Assembly: GCA_964646455.1 (NCBI GenBank)
Contig: CAZYDX010000004.1
Location: forward strand, 1-50,218
Reading direction: 5' to 3'
From: an uncultured bacterium
GTDB taxonomy: Bacteria > Fidelibacterota > Marinisomatia > Marinisomatales > UBA1611
DNA length: 50,218 nucleotides
In this document: positions 40,909 to 50,218 of the stretch, piece by piece
Numbering within the stretch: position 1 is the stretch's first letter
Layout of the letters: each line of letters begins with the position of its first letter
Position numbers and translations under genes: made by a program
Notes under the pieces: model-generated
Database searches by the model: none
What the model saw: the letters and a program-made list of their open reading frames with translations, nothing else
What the model was told of the DNA's origin: nothing

Positions 40909-42309
40909 ATGAATCAAGAAACCCTAGTAAGTGGAATAAATAAATTTTGGAATGATAAAATTATTCCTGCTCTTATCGAGTATATAAAAATCCCAAATAA
41001 ATCTCCTTCTTTTGATCCTGATTGGGAAAAACATGGACACATGGACAAGGTGCTAGAGCTTGCAGTTAATTGGGCAAATGAGAATAAACCAAATGGGTCA
41101 ACCTTAACAGTTGAACGAACTAAAGGAAGAACGCCTATTATATTACTAGATGTGCCAGGTACCATTGATGGTAATGTTTTAATGTACGGACACCTAGATA
41201 AACAACCAGAGATGGAGGGCTGGGCCAAAGATCTTGGGCCTTGGGAACCTGTAATGAAAGAAGATAAGCTCTATGGTCGTGGCGGTGCGGATGACGGGTA
41301 CGCACTTTTTGCTTCCATAGCAAGTATAAATGCTTTACAAGAACAAAAAATTGAACACCCAAGAGTTTTAGTCCTAATAGAGTTTTCAGAAGAAAGTGGT
41401 TCTCCAGACCTACCGCATTATATGGATCTCTGCGCTGATATCATTGGTGCTCCAAACTTAGTGATCTGCCTAGATTCTGGGGCTGGAGACTACAAAAGAT
41501 TTTGGAGCACAACATCTCTACGGGGTTTAATAGGATTAAAAATGAAAGTAGAAGTTTTAAAGGAGGGCGTTCACTCAGGCGGAGCAAGTGGTCATGTTCC
41601 CTCCTCTTTCAGAATAGCAAGGTCATTGCTTTCAAGGTTGGAAGATGAAAACACTGGTAGAGTGTTACTTGATGAACTAAATACCAAAATACCAGATTAT
41701 AGAATTAAAGAAACAAAAAAACTTGTTTCAATTTTAAAAGATGAAGTTGTTAAAGAATTCCCATGGAAAAATGCAATGCGGCCATCGACCGATGACAATG
41801 TTGAAGGTGTTCTAAGAAGAACCTGGAAACCAGCCCTGTCTATAGTTGGCTCAGATGGAATGCCTACTGCAGCTAATGCGGGGAATGTTTTAAGACCCTA
41901 TACTACGCTTCAGATCTCTATGCGAATACCACCAATGGTCAACCCTAAAAAAGCAGTATCTGCAATGAAAAAAGTATTAAGTAAAGATATACCTTATAAT
42001 GCAACAGTTGAGCTAGACTTTGAAGAAGCAGCTGAAGGATGGAATGCACCTGAGACTAAACCTTGGCTTTTAAAGGCAATTGACAAAGCGTCAAAAAAAT
42101 ACTTTGGCCAAATGCCTTGTTCAATTGGTGAAGGAGGAACTATTCCCTTTATGGCTATGCTTGGAGAACAATTCCCAAACGCACAGTTTGTTATCACAGG
42201 TGTTCTTGGACCAGGGTCAAACGCACATGGACCAAATGAGTTTTTACACATATCCTTTGCTAAAAAAATAACCTGTTGTATCAGTAGTATATTATCTGAT
42301 TATAAATAA
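40909..42309 (+). CDS. M20 family metallopeptidase (dipeptidase/deacylase)
   Basis: YGHLDKQP, LYGRGGADDG, EESGS, VHSG, GGTIP, NAHGPNE. Confidence 0.92.
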   Translation: MNQETLVSGINKFWNDKIIPALIEYIKIPNKSPSFDPDWEKHGHMDKVLELAVNWANENKPNGSTLTVERTKGRTPIILLDVPGTIDGNVLMYGHLDKQPEMEGWAKDLGPWEPVMKEDKLYGRGGADDGYALFASIASINALQEQKIEHPRVLVLIEFSEESGSPDLPHYMDLCADIIGAPNLVICLDSGAGDYKRFWSTTSLRGLIGLKMKVEVLKEGVHSGGASGHVPSSFRIARSLLSRLEDENTGRVLLDELNTKIPDYRIKETKKLVSILKDEVVKEFPWKNAMRPSTDDNVEGVLRRTWKPALSIVGSDGMPTAANAGNVLRPYTTLQISMRIPPMVNPKKAVSAMKKVLSKDIPYNATVELDFEEAAEGWNAPETKPWLLKAIDKASKKYFGQMPCSIGEGGTIPFMAMLGEQFPNAQFVITGVLGPGSNAHGPNEFLHISFAKKITCCISSILSDYK

Positions 42310-42322
42310 TTGTGGAGTTGTA

Positions 42323-42463
42323 ATGTTTAAATGTTTTTTATTATCATTCCTATTTATTAGTATAACATATATCCAAACTAAATGGAGTAAATGCAAAATT
42401 GACAAAACAGATATTTATGAATGTTTAGATGGTGAAATAAAGAAAACGGTTATCGTAAGCTAG
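42323..42463 (+). CDS. Putative 46-aa small protein or gene remnant (below the ORF-track cut-off)
   Basis: GGAG 5 nt upstream of ATG; MFKCFLLSFLFISITYIQTKWSKCKIDKTDIYECLDGEIKKTVIVS*; fills the gap and overlaps the convergent stop by 4 nt. Confidence 0.4.
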   Translation: MFKCFLLSFLFISITYIQTKWSKCKIDKTDIYECLDGEIKKTVIVS

Positions 42464-43185
42464 ACTATATCAATTCCATTTTCATTCTGATATTCAGATA
42501 TACTTGGATCACCATAGAATTCACCATGTTTATCAGATGGAAGAAGTGCTGCAATTCTGCACATTAATTCTCTACTAGAATTTTCAAGTTTTTTGGTCTT
42601 TTCATTTTTATCGCCTTTAATATCAAAAGGTCCAAATGGTTTTCCGATATTAATATAAATCCTAGATCTTACTCCCCGAAAAATATTTTCCCAGGCCTTA
42701 CTTGCACCCCTAACAGATACTGGTAAAATGGTCGCCTTAGACATTGCAGCGAGGTATATAGCCCCTGGTTTTGCCTTAGTTAATACCGGACCGGTTATTC
42801 CCCCCTCGGGAAATATTCCTAGTATTTTTCCTTTCTTGATAGATTTAAGTGACTCTTTTACAGTTGAGGGTCCAACCTTATTTCTGTCTATCATAATAGC
42901 ACCATAAATCATTGGCGCAAATAAAAAGTACGGCTCTATGCCGAGTTCTTTTTGCATAATAAAGTCTATCGGCTTTCGAATCCCGTGGACTAATAAAAAT
43001 GGATCAAAATAACCAAAATGATTAGATGCCAAAACAATGGGGCCTTCTTTTGGAATATTCCACCTGCCTCTAACTCTAATCTTTCCCACAAAAAGACCCA
43101 ACAAAAAAATAATATAGGTCGATAAATACTGCACCCAGTATGGGCGCGGTCTAATAGACTTGGGCAGTCTGATGTTTTCCATCAA
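42460..43185 (-). CDS. plsC: 1-acyl-sn-glycerol-3-phosphate acyltransferase family protein
   Basis: NHFGYFD (HX4D), IDR, IFPEG, ILPV motifs. Confidence 0.82.
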   Translation of the reverse strand: MMENIRLPKSIRPRPYWVQYLSTYIIFLLGLFVGKIRVRGRWNIPKEGPIVLASNHFGYFDPFLLVHGIRKPIDFIMQKELGIEPYFLFAPMIYGAIMIDRNKVGPSTVKESLKSIKKGKILGIFPEGGITGPVLTKAKPGAIYLAAMSKATILPVSVRGASKAWENIFRGVRSRIYINIGKPFGPFDIKGDKNEKTKKLENSSRELMCRIAALLPSDKHGEFYGDPSISEYQNENGIDIV

Positions 43186-43219
43186 TGGGAATGTTATTTA
43201 ATTAATACTTTATTCAGTT

Positions 43220-43642
43220 TTAAAATGGAAGATCGTCATCTCCGCCTTCATCTGCCTTTGATGGTGTGTTCGCAGGGTTATTTGGATTAGAACTTTGAGT
43301 GTCTGTTCTTTTTCCTAGCATTGTGAAATTATCACATCTAATCTCAGTGGTTCGGCGCTTAATCTGATTCTGGTCTTCCCACTCGCGAGTGTGTAGACGA
43401 CCTTCAACATAAACCATCTGACCTTTTTTCATATACTCACCAGCGGTCTCGGCCATTCTTCCATACATAACAATCCTGTGCCATTCTGTTCTGTCTTGCG
43501 TATCCCCACTTTGGTCTTTCCACGATTCATTTGTAGCAACACTTAGGTTTGTTACCGCAGTACCCTGTGGTGTAAATCTTGTCTCAGGATCTTGTCCCAA
43601 GTTTCCAATAAGAATAACTTTATTTAAACTGTTTTTTTGCAT
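43220..43642 (-). CDS. ssb: Single-stranded DNA-binding protein
   Basis: [34 protein letters not shown] tail; AGGAG RBS. Confidence 0.97.
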   Translation of the reverse strand: MQKNSLNKVILIGNLGQDPETRFTPQGTAVTNLSVATNESWKDQSGDTQDRTEWHRIVMYGRMAETAGEYMKKGQMVYVEGRLHTREWEDQNQIKRRTTEIRCDNFTMLGKRTDTQSSNPNNPANTPSKADEGGDDDLPF

Positions 43643-43716
43643 TGTTGACTCCTATTCTAATATATAAGAGATTAATTTTAATATTCAATTTTACTAATTA
43701 TACCCTCCCAAGTATA

Positions 43717-43753
43717 AATAAATAAGGGGCCTTTACCGGGCCCCTTATTTATT
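43717..43753. terminator. Intrinsic terminator hairpin downstream of the giant surface protein gene
   Basis: AATAAATAAGGGGCC-tttaccg-GGCCCCTTATTTATT, 15-bp perfect arms, 24 nt after the stop at 43778. Confidence 0.85.
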
Positions 43754-43777
43754 ATTAAGCTAAGTAGAAAGATTTAA

Positions 43778-46700
43778 TTACTTCATCAGCAACAGTTTCT
43801 TCACAGAAACAAAATCTTTCGCGTGAATCTTATAGATGTACATGCCTGAAGCAACTGGCGAACCAGCGTCATTCGTAGCACTCCACTGTATCTTATATCT
43901 ACCAGGCTGATGCTGTTTAGAAACAAGAGTGCGAACTCTTTGTCCAGCCAGGTTATAGATATCTATCCTAACATCACTAACCTCAGGAATATCATATTTA
44001 ATATTCGTGATCGGATTAAATGGGTTTGGATAGTTGTTATACAGGGCAAACACCTCAGGAAGCAATTCCTCTTCTGCGCTAAGCATCCAACCCGCATCAA
44101 CAGTAAAGGTCCAAGGACCATTAGCTGATGGCGTTACATCCCAATCGTCAGAGGTTTCCACATCCCAAGAGATGTTTATAGCTGTTAGGCCGTCAACATC
44201 TGTGATGGTTTCATACAAATCACTATAAGGAATGAAAACATTTGTACCTATCAAGGTAGTGTCAACACATTCATCAAACTCTGTAATACAGAGACTTAGA
44301 GTGTATTCTACCTGATCACCATCTGCATCTGTAGAATTACCCCAGAATAGACCCAGGTCTGAGCCGGAGACATTATCCGCTGTAAGAGTGATCACTGTCT
44401 CATCTTCGGGTGTAACAAGGTTTACAGCTGTAGGTGCCGCATTTTGAAGGTCTACTGTGACTAAATTGGAACCTTCTTCACTGATATCACCTGTACCATC
44501 TACCTCATAGACAGCGCTTACGTAATAGTCAACTGCGCCATTCTCTCCAACAACATCGTAGTACATATGTTCACCCATTTCTAAAGTGTCTATAGCATTG
44601 TTATCACGATATACCTTGTAGCCTAGGAGTTCGAAAGCTTCATCCCTGTAACTATTTTCAGGAATGTTTTCAGCAAAGAGAAGTTTTAACTCTTTTCTCT
44701 CACTCCTAAAAATGCCCTCCGTCCTCTTTGGAGACATATCAGAAGATGCAATCGGCGAGATTGAGCCTTCAAGCGTTGGCATGACGGGCCTAGCAACAAA
44801 CTCATCAAAATATACCGATCCATGCTGACCATCATCAGGTTGGAAGAACTCTATACCAATGTTTACATAGGTTGCTCCATCTGGAATAATAGCCATGGTA
44901 CCAATGTGGTGCCACTCACTCGCATTGAATGTCGCATCAAACGGATTAGAATAATCAGCACCCATATATGTATATCCATTCGGATCTGACCAATATGATG
45001 CAAACACAGTTGCACTGTTTGTTCCTTGACCGATCCAATCAGCGGCGTGCGACATCATATAAGCTGATATATCAAACTCAGCTCCTGCGCCACCAAGCTC
45101 AGCAGCTGTGAATGTCTGATAAACAGATCCCCAACTATTGGTTCCTCCACCATACATGCCCCACATCTTAAGCGCGTGGCCACCATCATAAACCTCAAGG
45201 AATTCATCAGAGCCAAATATACCAGCTCCATCAGGATCCACAAACATATTACCATAAGGTGCACCATCTAAACCATCAGCATTTCCCCAACGAGTATAAT
45301 CATTAGGAAAGTTTTGCCATCCACCATTTGGATCTGGGTGCCAACCTTCAAAGCTACCGTTTGAAAGTACATTTGTAATTGGCCACGATATAAAACCGCG
45401 AATCATGAAGTTTCCATCAACGCCAAACTCATCTAACATTGATACAAACCCAACATCATAGTATGTTAGTCCATTTATTAGATTACTAAGTCCATTATGT
45501 GTTTCTCCATTATCAAGAACGACCGGATAAGACTCTGAATAACCATTTGAAATGTTCCTCAGTCCGATCCAAAGTTCTTGACCCAGTTCGATTGGAATTG
45601 GTGTCTCAAGCTCATGATAGTTCCAGTCCATCTCATTAATCTCAGAACCTGGAATAAGCTCTGATTCATAAATGAGCACAGGAGCTTGTCCGGATTCCGC
45701 AATATGGATCTGAACAGAAATCGTAACATCATTAAGGCTAGAACCACCCATAAACATAACCTCTTGCAAGTGTTTACCCTGGAACTCAATTAGATCCATT
45801 GCTGGGAAACGAACAGCTGTCTGGAAATCATAGGCGTCTTCAAGGCCCAATGCATTTCCTATCATACCGTTGTCATGTCCAACCCACTGGTCACCACCTG
45901 CAGGCGGATCCCAATGAAGGTGTGCGGCCAATCCTTCAGGTTCGACCATTAAGTTTCTTGGAGGATTCATCTGTGGAGAAGGAGCCGTGATCGTAACATC
46001 AACCGGGCCTGCAGGAGTAGACTCACCATACATAGTTACCCAGGTTGTAACAGAATAGCTGTGGGTTGCTTCTTCACTAGCAACTTCAACAAATTCTGTT
46101 TCCATTGTAACGGTGTGTGCCATACCATCTTTGTAAACCATGTATCCTTGTAGTTCCAACTCTGGTGGAACCATAACCGCAAAGTTATCTACGGCTACAC
46201 CATAGCCCCAGTTTCCTCCACAGTCGTCGTACTTAAGACCTACTTTTACTGATGTAGCAGTTGCTGGAAGATTAAGAGGTGCCTCCATCATTCTCCAACC
46301 ACCGGCAGACTCTACCATGCCTCTAGACTCCCAATCACCATTATCAATACTAACCATAACTTCAAGCTCTTCTGCGTAAGATCCTCCGCCATCACATGGT
46401 CCTGAAGGCTGGGTCCAGTATACGTCACCAACCAAAGCCAAACCAGAAATAGCATCACCAGTTAGTCCACTAACATTAACGCTAGCTGAAGTAAGCTGGG
46501 TGCGGTTATATGTATAGGTATACTCCCAAGAGTCATCATTATAAAATGCGAACTGACCACCATTTCCACCAGGAGACCAATATGTTGATGTAGCATCATC
46601 GACATTACCAACAGTCCAGACAGATGCTGGAGCCGCACCAGATAAATCTTCAGATGTCATGCTTCCTAGAGTTCCACTTTCAAAATCCTCAGAGTAAAGC

Positions 46701-49700
46701 AATTCACCACCACCAAGATCTGGTGTATCCCAATCTAGGTTAACGATCCAACCATTTGAGCTTGCTGTAAAGTTCTCTGGAACGGGAACATCAATCGGGC
46801 CAAATGGCGCTACGGTAACAGCGTCTGTTGATGTCGATGTGCCACCATGGTAAACCGACCGAACCTTATATGAATACTCTTGATTGTTATCTGCAGCAAG
46901 ACCCATATCTGCATAGTTAGTACCTGTGACAGTAGCAAGAACAGGCCAAGCTTGATTGACCAACTTAAGAACCTCATAACTAACAAGAGATCTTGAACTT
47001 TCTTCAAGGCCTAGTGTTGCTATATGTTCTTCAGCTGCAAGTGTCTTTTGTTCAAGGTCGTGATTTGGATCTGTAGTAACCACATCAAAATCCCAGCCAT
47101 CTGTGTAGGTAGTATCTCCATGCTCAAAAACCTGCAGGTTATAATATCCTGCGTCTCCACCCCAGCCATCAACAACAATAAAATAGTCATTTCCTGCTGT
47201 CATAGTTAGAGAGTCTGCGTATGAAGTGTAATACCCACAGGCATAGTAATCATAAAAACCAGCGTCCTCATTACAGGCCACCATATTATCATCGGTGTTC
47301 TCAAAGACATATACCTTTGTATCAAAAGATGAAAAACAAGTGCTTATGTCTACTGTAATGTCAGCCGCTGGAGAATATTTATATACAGCGTCTGGTGAGT
47401 CACTTATGTCTGAACAAGCATCGTAGTTATTCTCAAAACCATTTGCCGTATTACCAGAACCAGTAAATGGTACCATGTCTATCTCAAACGCAGATGCGAT
47501 AACATTCCCGGGCGATTGTGTTGGGGGCGCTTCCCAAGAAAGCCTAACCTCTTCTAACCAAGGTTGACCAACAAAATTAACCGGAGTGAAAAGCTCGTCT
47601 TCGCGAGGTGTTGATGTGACAGTAGCTGACGGACCAGACACTAGACCATCTTCATTTACAGATACAGCGTAATAGCTATACTCTGTGCCGTTGACAAGAC
47701 CAAGGTTTGTATAGTTGTATCCTAAAACACCCTGAGCAATAACAGCATCTGTACCGCCTGAATAAATATCATAACTATAGATTTCTGGATCCTCTGTTGT
47801 AATACTTAAAGAGTATTCAAACTGTGTGGTATATCCTGCTCCTGCGACCAATACTACTATCTGCGCTGGCCCCATTGAGCCATCAATACCGCCATAGTTT
47901 TGATAGCTAAAGTTAAGGGTTGTGTCCTGGGCGCTAAAGATTGCGTAGTTGCCCTGAGAAAGATCCCAGAAAAACATCTGCATCTCACCCGTGGAATCAA
48001 TATCAGATAGTTCAATATGAACCCAACCACCATATTGGAGTTCTTCAACTGTGAAAATGTCCCAATCTTGGGGGCAAATTGAAAGGTCATCATTTAGACC
48101 CCACGAAGGAACAACCGTCCACGTGTCTGAAGAGCCCAGAAAATCATTTGGCTCAAGACTATCGTTATAACAAAGTGGCTCATCTGTTGGAATTGGTGCT
48201 GTAACAACACCTTCCAAATCACCACAACTCTGCCAACAGTCATCAGACATATACCACGCTATATCAATCTCTGTTGTGTAAGTGTTCACATTAATAGATA
48301 CCTGGTGATATGTAGTGGTAAACGGACCAGAACCAGTACCGGTATTTGGATCACTGAATGTTGTTGTATCTCCTAAATAAATAGTATTTCCAACAATGTG
48401 CTCAGCATACATACCATCGCCACTAGCACCTCCCAGTTCATTTGTGTGACCATTGATCGTAATACCATCAGGAAAAGTAAAGCTTATCGCATCTGCCCAA
48501 GAAACATCAGGGCTAGCAATATTTATACCAATAATAATATCAGAGGTGCCATCAAGATTGTCCACAGCACCCACAACGCTAACAGTAGAACCCTCAAGAC
48601 TTCTATCGGCTCCTGGGTTCTCATTAACAAAGTCTAAATAGTTTTGATAGAGCTCGTCTCTATTGTCTTCTATTTTAATTGATTCATTTGGACGAATTGC
48701 AATCTGATCTCTGTTCTCTTCCATTGTGTTTTCACCTTCAGAACCACCAGAGCGAAGAGCATCAGAAAAAACATCTAATGGATATGTCCAGCTAAGATGT
48801 ACTCTCTCATGATCAGCCACCGCGGTAAGATTGTTCGGAGGCTGGTGACCAGAAGGATACTCATCCAAGGTCCATATAGAAGCTCCAGGTGAGTAATTGT
48901 TCTCCCACACAATCCTTATGGTGTCACCCGCTGAAACCACAACGGTTGATGTTGAATATAGCCAGTTATAAAAACCGCCATCATCATTATAACCAATCTC
49001 TGTCGGGGCGGCACATGTACCACCATATATCCTAAGCCTAGTGTCTCCACCAATTTGATCTTCAAGATCAGATGTGACAGTTACGTATCCATCAAGGGTG
49101 GCAACATAATAGAACCACTCATTTCTACCATATAGTCCATCTATGTTGTTCACAGCGTCAGCGCTTGCTAGAGCAGCGTTGGAACAGGTTGAAGGAACAT
49201 ATATCTCAGAGCAGTCTCCCTCTGACTGCCCAGAGGGTGTTTCACCGGCTGACGTTTGGCTTACTCTATAGCAATACTCTGTGCCAGCGACTAGGTTTGC
49301 GGTTGTACCATCTGCGTCCACTAGAGGATCGTAGTAGTAAATACCAACATAGTCATCTAAAAGAACAGCGTCGTTCCTGTATACTGTAAAAGTATAAGCG
49401 GGGAGCGGGATAACCCACCCATTGTCATCGCTATCGCCAAAAGGAGCACCACCAGATGCAACTAGTTGGCCGCTCTCGGTAGATGTAAGCACCCAGCTAA
49501 CCTCGCTCTGGTATGAGCCAGCTGTAGCAGGCGCTGTTCCAACATAAACTGAATAGTTTCCATCAGCAGGTAAACAAATTTCTTCTGCCCAAGGATAGTC
49601 ACTTCCACCGCCGGCTAAATCCGGCATGGTACCACTAGCAATCACCGCATCAGAAGCGTCTGTTATTGCATAGGTGTTTCCATTCCAGCCGTCCCCGTAA

Positions 49701-50218
49701 GAGTCATACATGGTCATAGTAAGTGTTGTTCCACCACAGATACAAGACCCATCATCGGTGTTAGCGGCTGGGTCATGGTTTGTTGCATTTGGATCTGTAC
49801 AACCAAGAACGGTTTGTTGATAGCTTATAGAAGTTGTTCTACTATACCCGTAGTCCACAATCATTCTAGACTTAATTAGAAGCGTTGTTCCTTGATATGT
49901 ATCCATCGTGTTAACACCAGAATAGTCTAGCGTTGCACTGGAAAAGTCTACCTCAACAAGTCCAGTAGAGGAAGAAGCATACGCATAATAAGCCCAACCC
50001 GTTTGATCATAATACCCATCACCATAGTCACAAGTGGTGTAGATATAGAAATAGTCATAGTAAGATGTCTCTAGAATAAGCGTTCCATCTCCACCAGCAG
50101 GAATATCAACCGTAAACCAACCCGCATCCGAGTCTGTAATGCCTGTCGTTAGATCAACCGCCAATGGCGCGCTACAAGCATCACCAGGATACAAACAGCT
50201 ACCATCATCATCGGTCGC
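43778..50218 (-). CDS. Giant acidic multidomain surface protein (>2146 aa, 5' end outside the window) with sorting domain
   Basis: Frame stays open to the edge (…ATDDDGSCLYPG, so the TTG start is artefactual); GCTDP…DDGSC motif, FN3-like halves, PPC-like, cleaved-adhesin-like and CBM-like modules; NYPNPFNP…KLLLMK. Confidence 0.85.
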   Translation of the reverse strand, partial: ATDDDGSCLYPGDACSAPLAVDLTTGITDSDAGWFTVDIPAGGDGTLILETSYYDYFYIYTTCDYGDGYYDQTGWAYYAYASSSTGLVEVDFSSATLDYSGVNTMDTYQGTTLLIKSRMIVDYGYSRTTSISYQQTVLGCTDPNATNHDPAANTDDGSCICGGTTLTMTMYDSYGDGWNGNTYAITDASDAVIASGTMPDLAGGGSDYPWAEEICLPADGNYSVYVGTAPATAGSYQSEVSWVLTSTESGQLVASGGAPFGDSDDNGWVIPLPAYTFTVYRNDAVLLDDYVGIYYYDPLVDADGTTANLVAGTEYCYRVSQTSAGETPSGQSEGDCSEIYVPSTCSNAALASADAVNNIDGLYGRNEWFYYVATLDGYVTVTSDLEDQIGGDTRLRIYGGTCAAPTEIGYNDDGGFYNWLYSTSTVVVSAGDTIRIVWENNYSPGASIWTLDEYPSGHQPPNNLTAVADHERVHLSWTYPLDVFSDALRSGGSEGENTMEENRDQIAIRPNESIKIEDNRDELYQNYLDFVNENPGADRSLEGSTVSVVGAVDNLDGTSDIIIGINIASPDVSWADAISFTFPDGITINGHTNELGGASGDGMYAEHIVGNTIYLGDTTTFSDPNTGTGSGPFTTTYHQVSINVNTYTTEIDIAWYMSDDCWQSCGDLEGVVTAPIPTDEPLCYNDSLEPNDFLGSSDTWTVVPSWGLNDDLSICPQDWDIFTVEELQYGGWVHIELSDIDSTGEMQMFFWDLSQGNYAIFSAQDTTLNFSYQNYGGIDGSMGPAQIVVLVAGAGYTTQFEYSLSITTEDPEIYSYDIYSGGTDAVIAQGVLGYNYTNLGLVNGTEYSYYAVSVNEDGLVSGPSATVTSTPREDELFTPVNFVGQPWLEEVRLSWEAPPTQSPGNVIASAFEIDMVPFTGSGNTANGFENNYDACSDISDSPDAVYKYSPAADITVDISTCFSSFDTKVYVFENTDDNMVACNEDAGFYDYYACGYYTSYADSLTMTAGNDYFIVVDGWGGDAGYYNLQVFEHGDTTYTDGWDFDVVTTDPNHDLEQKTLAAEEHIATLGLEESSRSLVSYEVLKLVNQAWPVLATVTGTNYADMGLAADNNQEYSYKVRSVYHGGTSTSTDAVTVAPFGPIDVPVPENFTASSNGWIVNLDWDTPDLGGGELLYSEDFESGTLGSMTSEDLSGAAPASVWTVGNVDDATSTYWSPGGNGGQFAFYNDDSWEYTYTYNRTQLTSASVNVSGLTGDAISGLALVGDVYWTQPSGPCDGGGSYAEELEVMVSIDNGDWESRGMVESAGGWRMMEAPLNLPATATSVKVGLKYDDCGGNWGYGVAVDNFAVMVPPELELQGYMVYKDGMAHTVTMETEFVEVASEEATHSYSVTTWVTMYGESTPAGPVDVTITAPSPQMNPPRNLMVEPEGLAAHLHWDPPAGGDQWVGHDNGMIGNALGLEDAYDFQTAVRFPAMDLIEFQGKHLQEVMFMGGSSLNDVTISVQIHIAESGQAPVLIYESELIPGSEINEMDWNYHELETPIPIELGQELWIGLRNISNGYSESYPVVLDNGETHNGLSNLINGLTYYDVGFVSMLDEFGVDGNFMIRGFISWPITNVLSNGSFEGWHPDPNGGWQNFPNDYTRWGNADGLDGAPYGNMFVDPDGAGIFGSDEFLEVYDGGHALKMWGMYGGGTNSWGSVYQTFTAAELGGAGAEFDISAYMMSHAADWIGQGTNSATVFASYWSDPNGYTYMGADYSNPFDATFNASEWHHIGTMAIIPDGATYVNIGIEFFQPDDGQHGSVYFDEFVARPVMPTLEGSISPIASSDMSPKRTEGIFRSERKELKLLFAENIPENSYRDEAFELLGYKVYRDNNAIDTLEMGEHMYYDVVGENGAVDYYVSAVYEVDGTGDISEEGSNLVTVDLQNAAPTAVNLVTPEDETVITLTADNVSGSDLGLFWGNSTDADGDQVEYTLSLCITEFDECVDTTLIGTNVFIPYSDLYETITDVDGLTAINISWDVETSDDWDVTPSANGPWTFTVDAGWMLSAEEELLPEVFALYNNYPNPFNPITNIKYDIPEVSDVRIDIYNLAGQRVRTLVSKQHQPGRYKIQWSATNDAGSPVASGMYIYKIHAKDFVSVKKLLLMK

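Noticed and set aside
40909-42309. M20 peptidase as part of the glucan system
   Set aside because: Only 6 nt from the GH5 stop, but it is a generic enzyme and tight spacing is the norm in this window
1129-49389. The many 60-114 aa ORFs overlapping long genes (antisense or alternate frame), including the twin ORFs at 21409 and 21814
   Set aside because: They are shadows of well-supported genes with no recognisable motifs; the twins simply mirror the tandem repeat
50192-50194. TTG start assigned to the 2138-aa ORF
   Set aside because: The frame stays open to the window edge, there is no signal peptide, and the upstream codons continue a DDGSC motif
43778-50218. Apparently higher GC of this gene and of 19003-22809 as a sign of horizontal transfer
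   Set aside because: Judged by eye only; explainable by Gly/Ala/Asp/Thr-rich composition, and no mobility genes or boundary repeats are seen

Overview
AT-rich, gene-dense bacterial window. The style (many secreted proteins ending in a PNPFN…K-x-x-x-x-K C-terminal sorting domain, a PorV-like barrel, no SusC/SusD pair) suggests a marine FCB-superphylum organism such as Marinimicrobia; this is an inference. Most of the window (about 6.6-40.9 kb) is one beta-glucan (laminarin / mixed-linkage glucan) utilisation locus made of two divergent operons, with the lacI-type regulator as first gene of the right arm. Left arm (minus strand): repeat-containing secreted glycan-binding protein, terminator, TonB-dependent receptor, 1166-aa unknown protein with a variant sorting domain, PorV-like barrel, SurA/PrsA-like lipoprotein, permuted GH16 + malectin, GH3, then a coupled CotH kinase and MltB. 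Right arm (plus strand): LacI, GH16 with an inserted and apparently circularly permuted PA14 domain, family-5 ABC importer, cytoplasmic GH1, GH30 and GH149-like phosphorylase, two more GH16, and GH5+CBM6. Flanks: partial apaG, M28 and M20 peptidases, a 46-aa unannotated ORF, plsC-like acyltransferase, ssb, and a >2100-aa surface protein with split FN3-like modules that runs off the window. The best candidate for an undescribed system is the SusD-independent TBDR + CTD protein + PorV + chaperone cassette feeding an ABC/phosphorylase route. No rRNA, tRNA, CRISPR or mobile element was seen. All family calls come from motif recognition by eye, not database searches.
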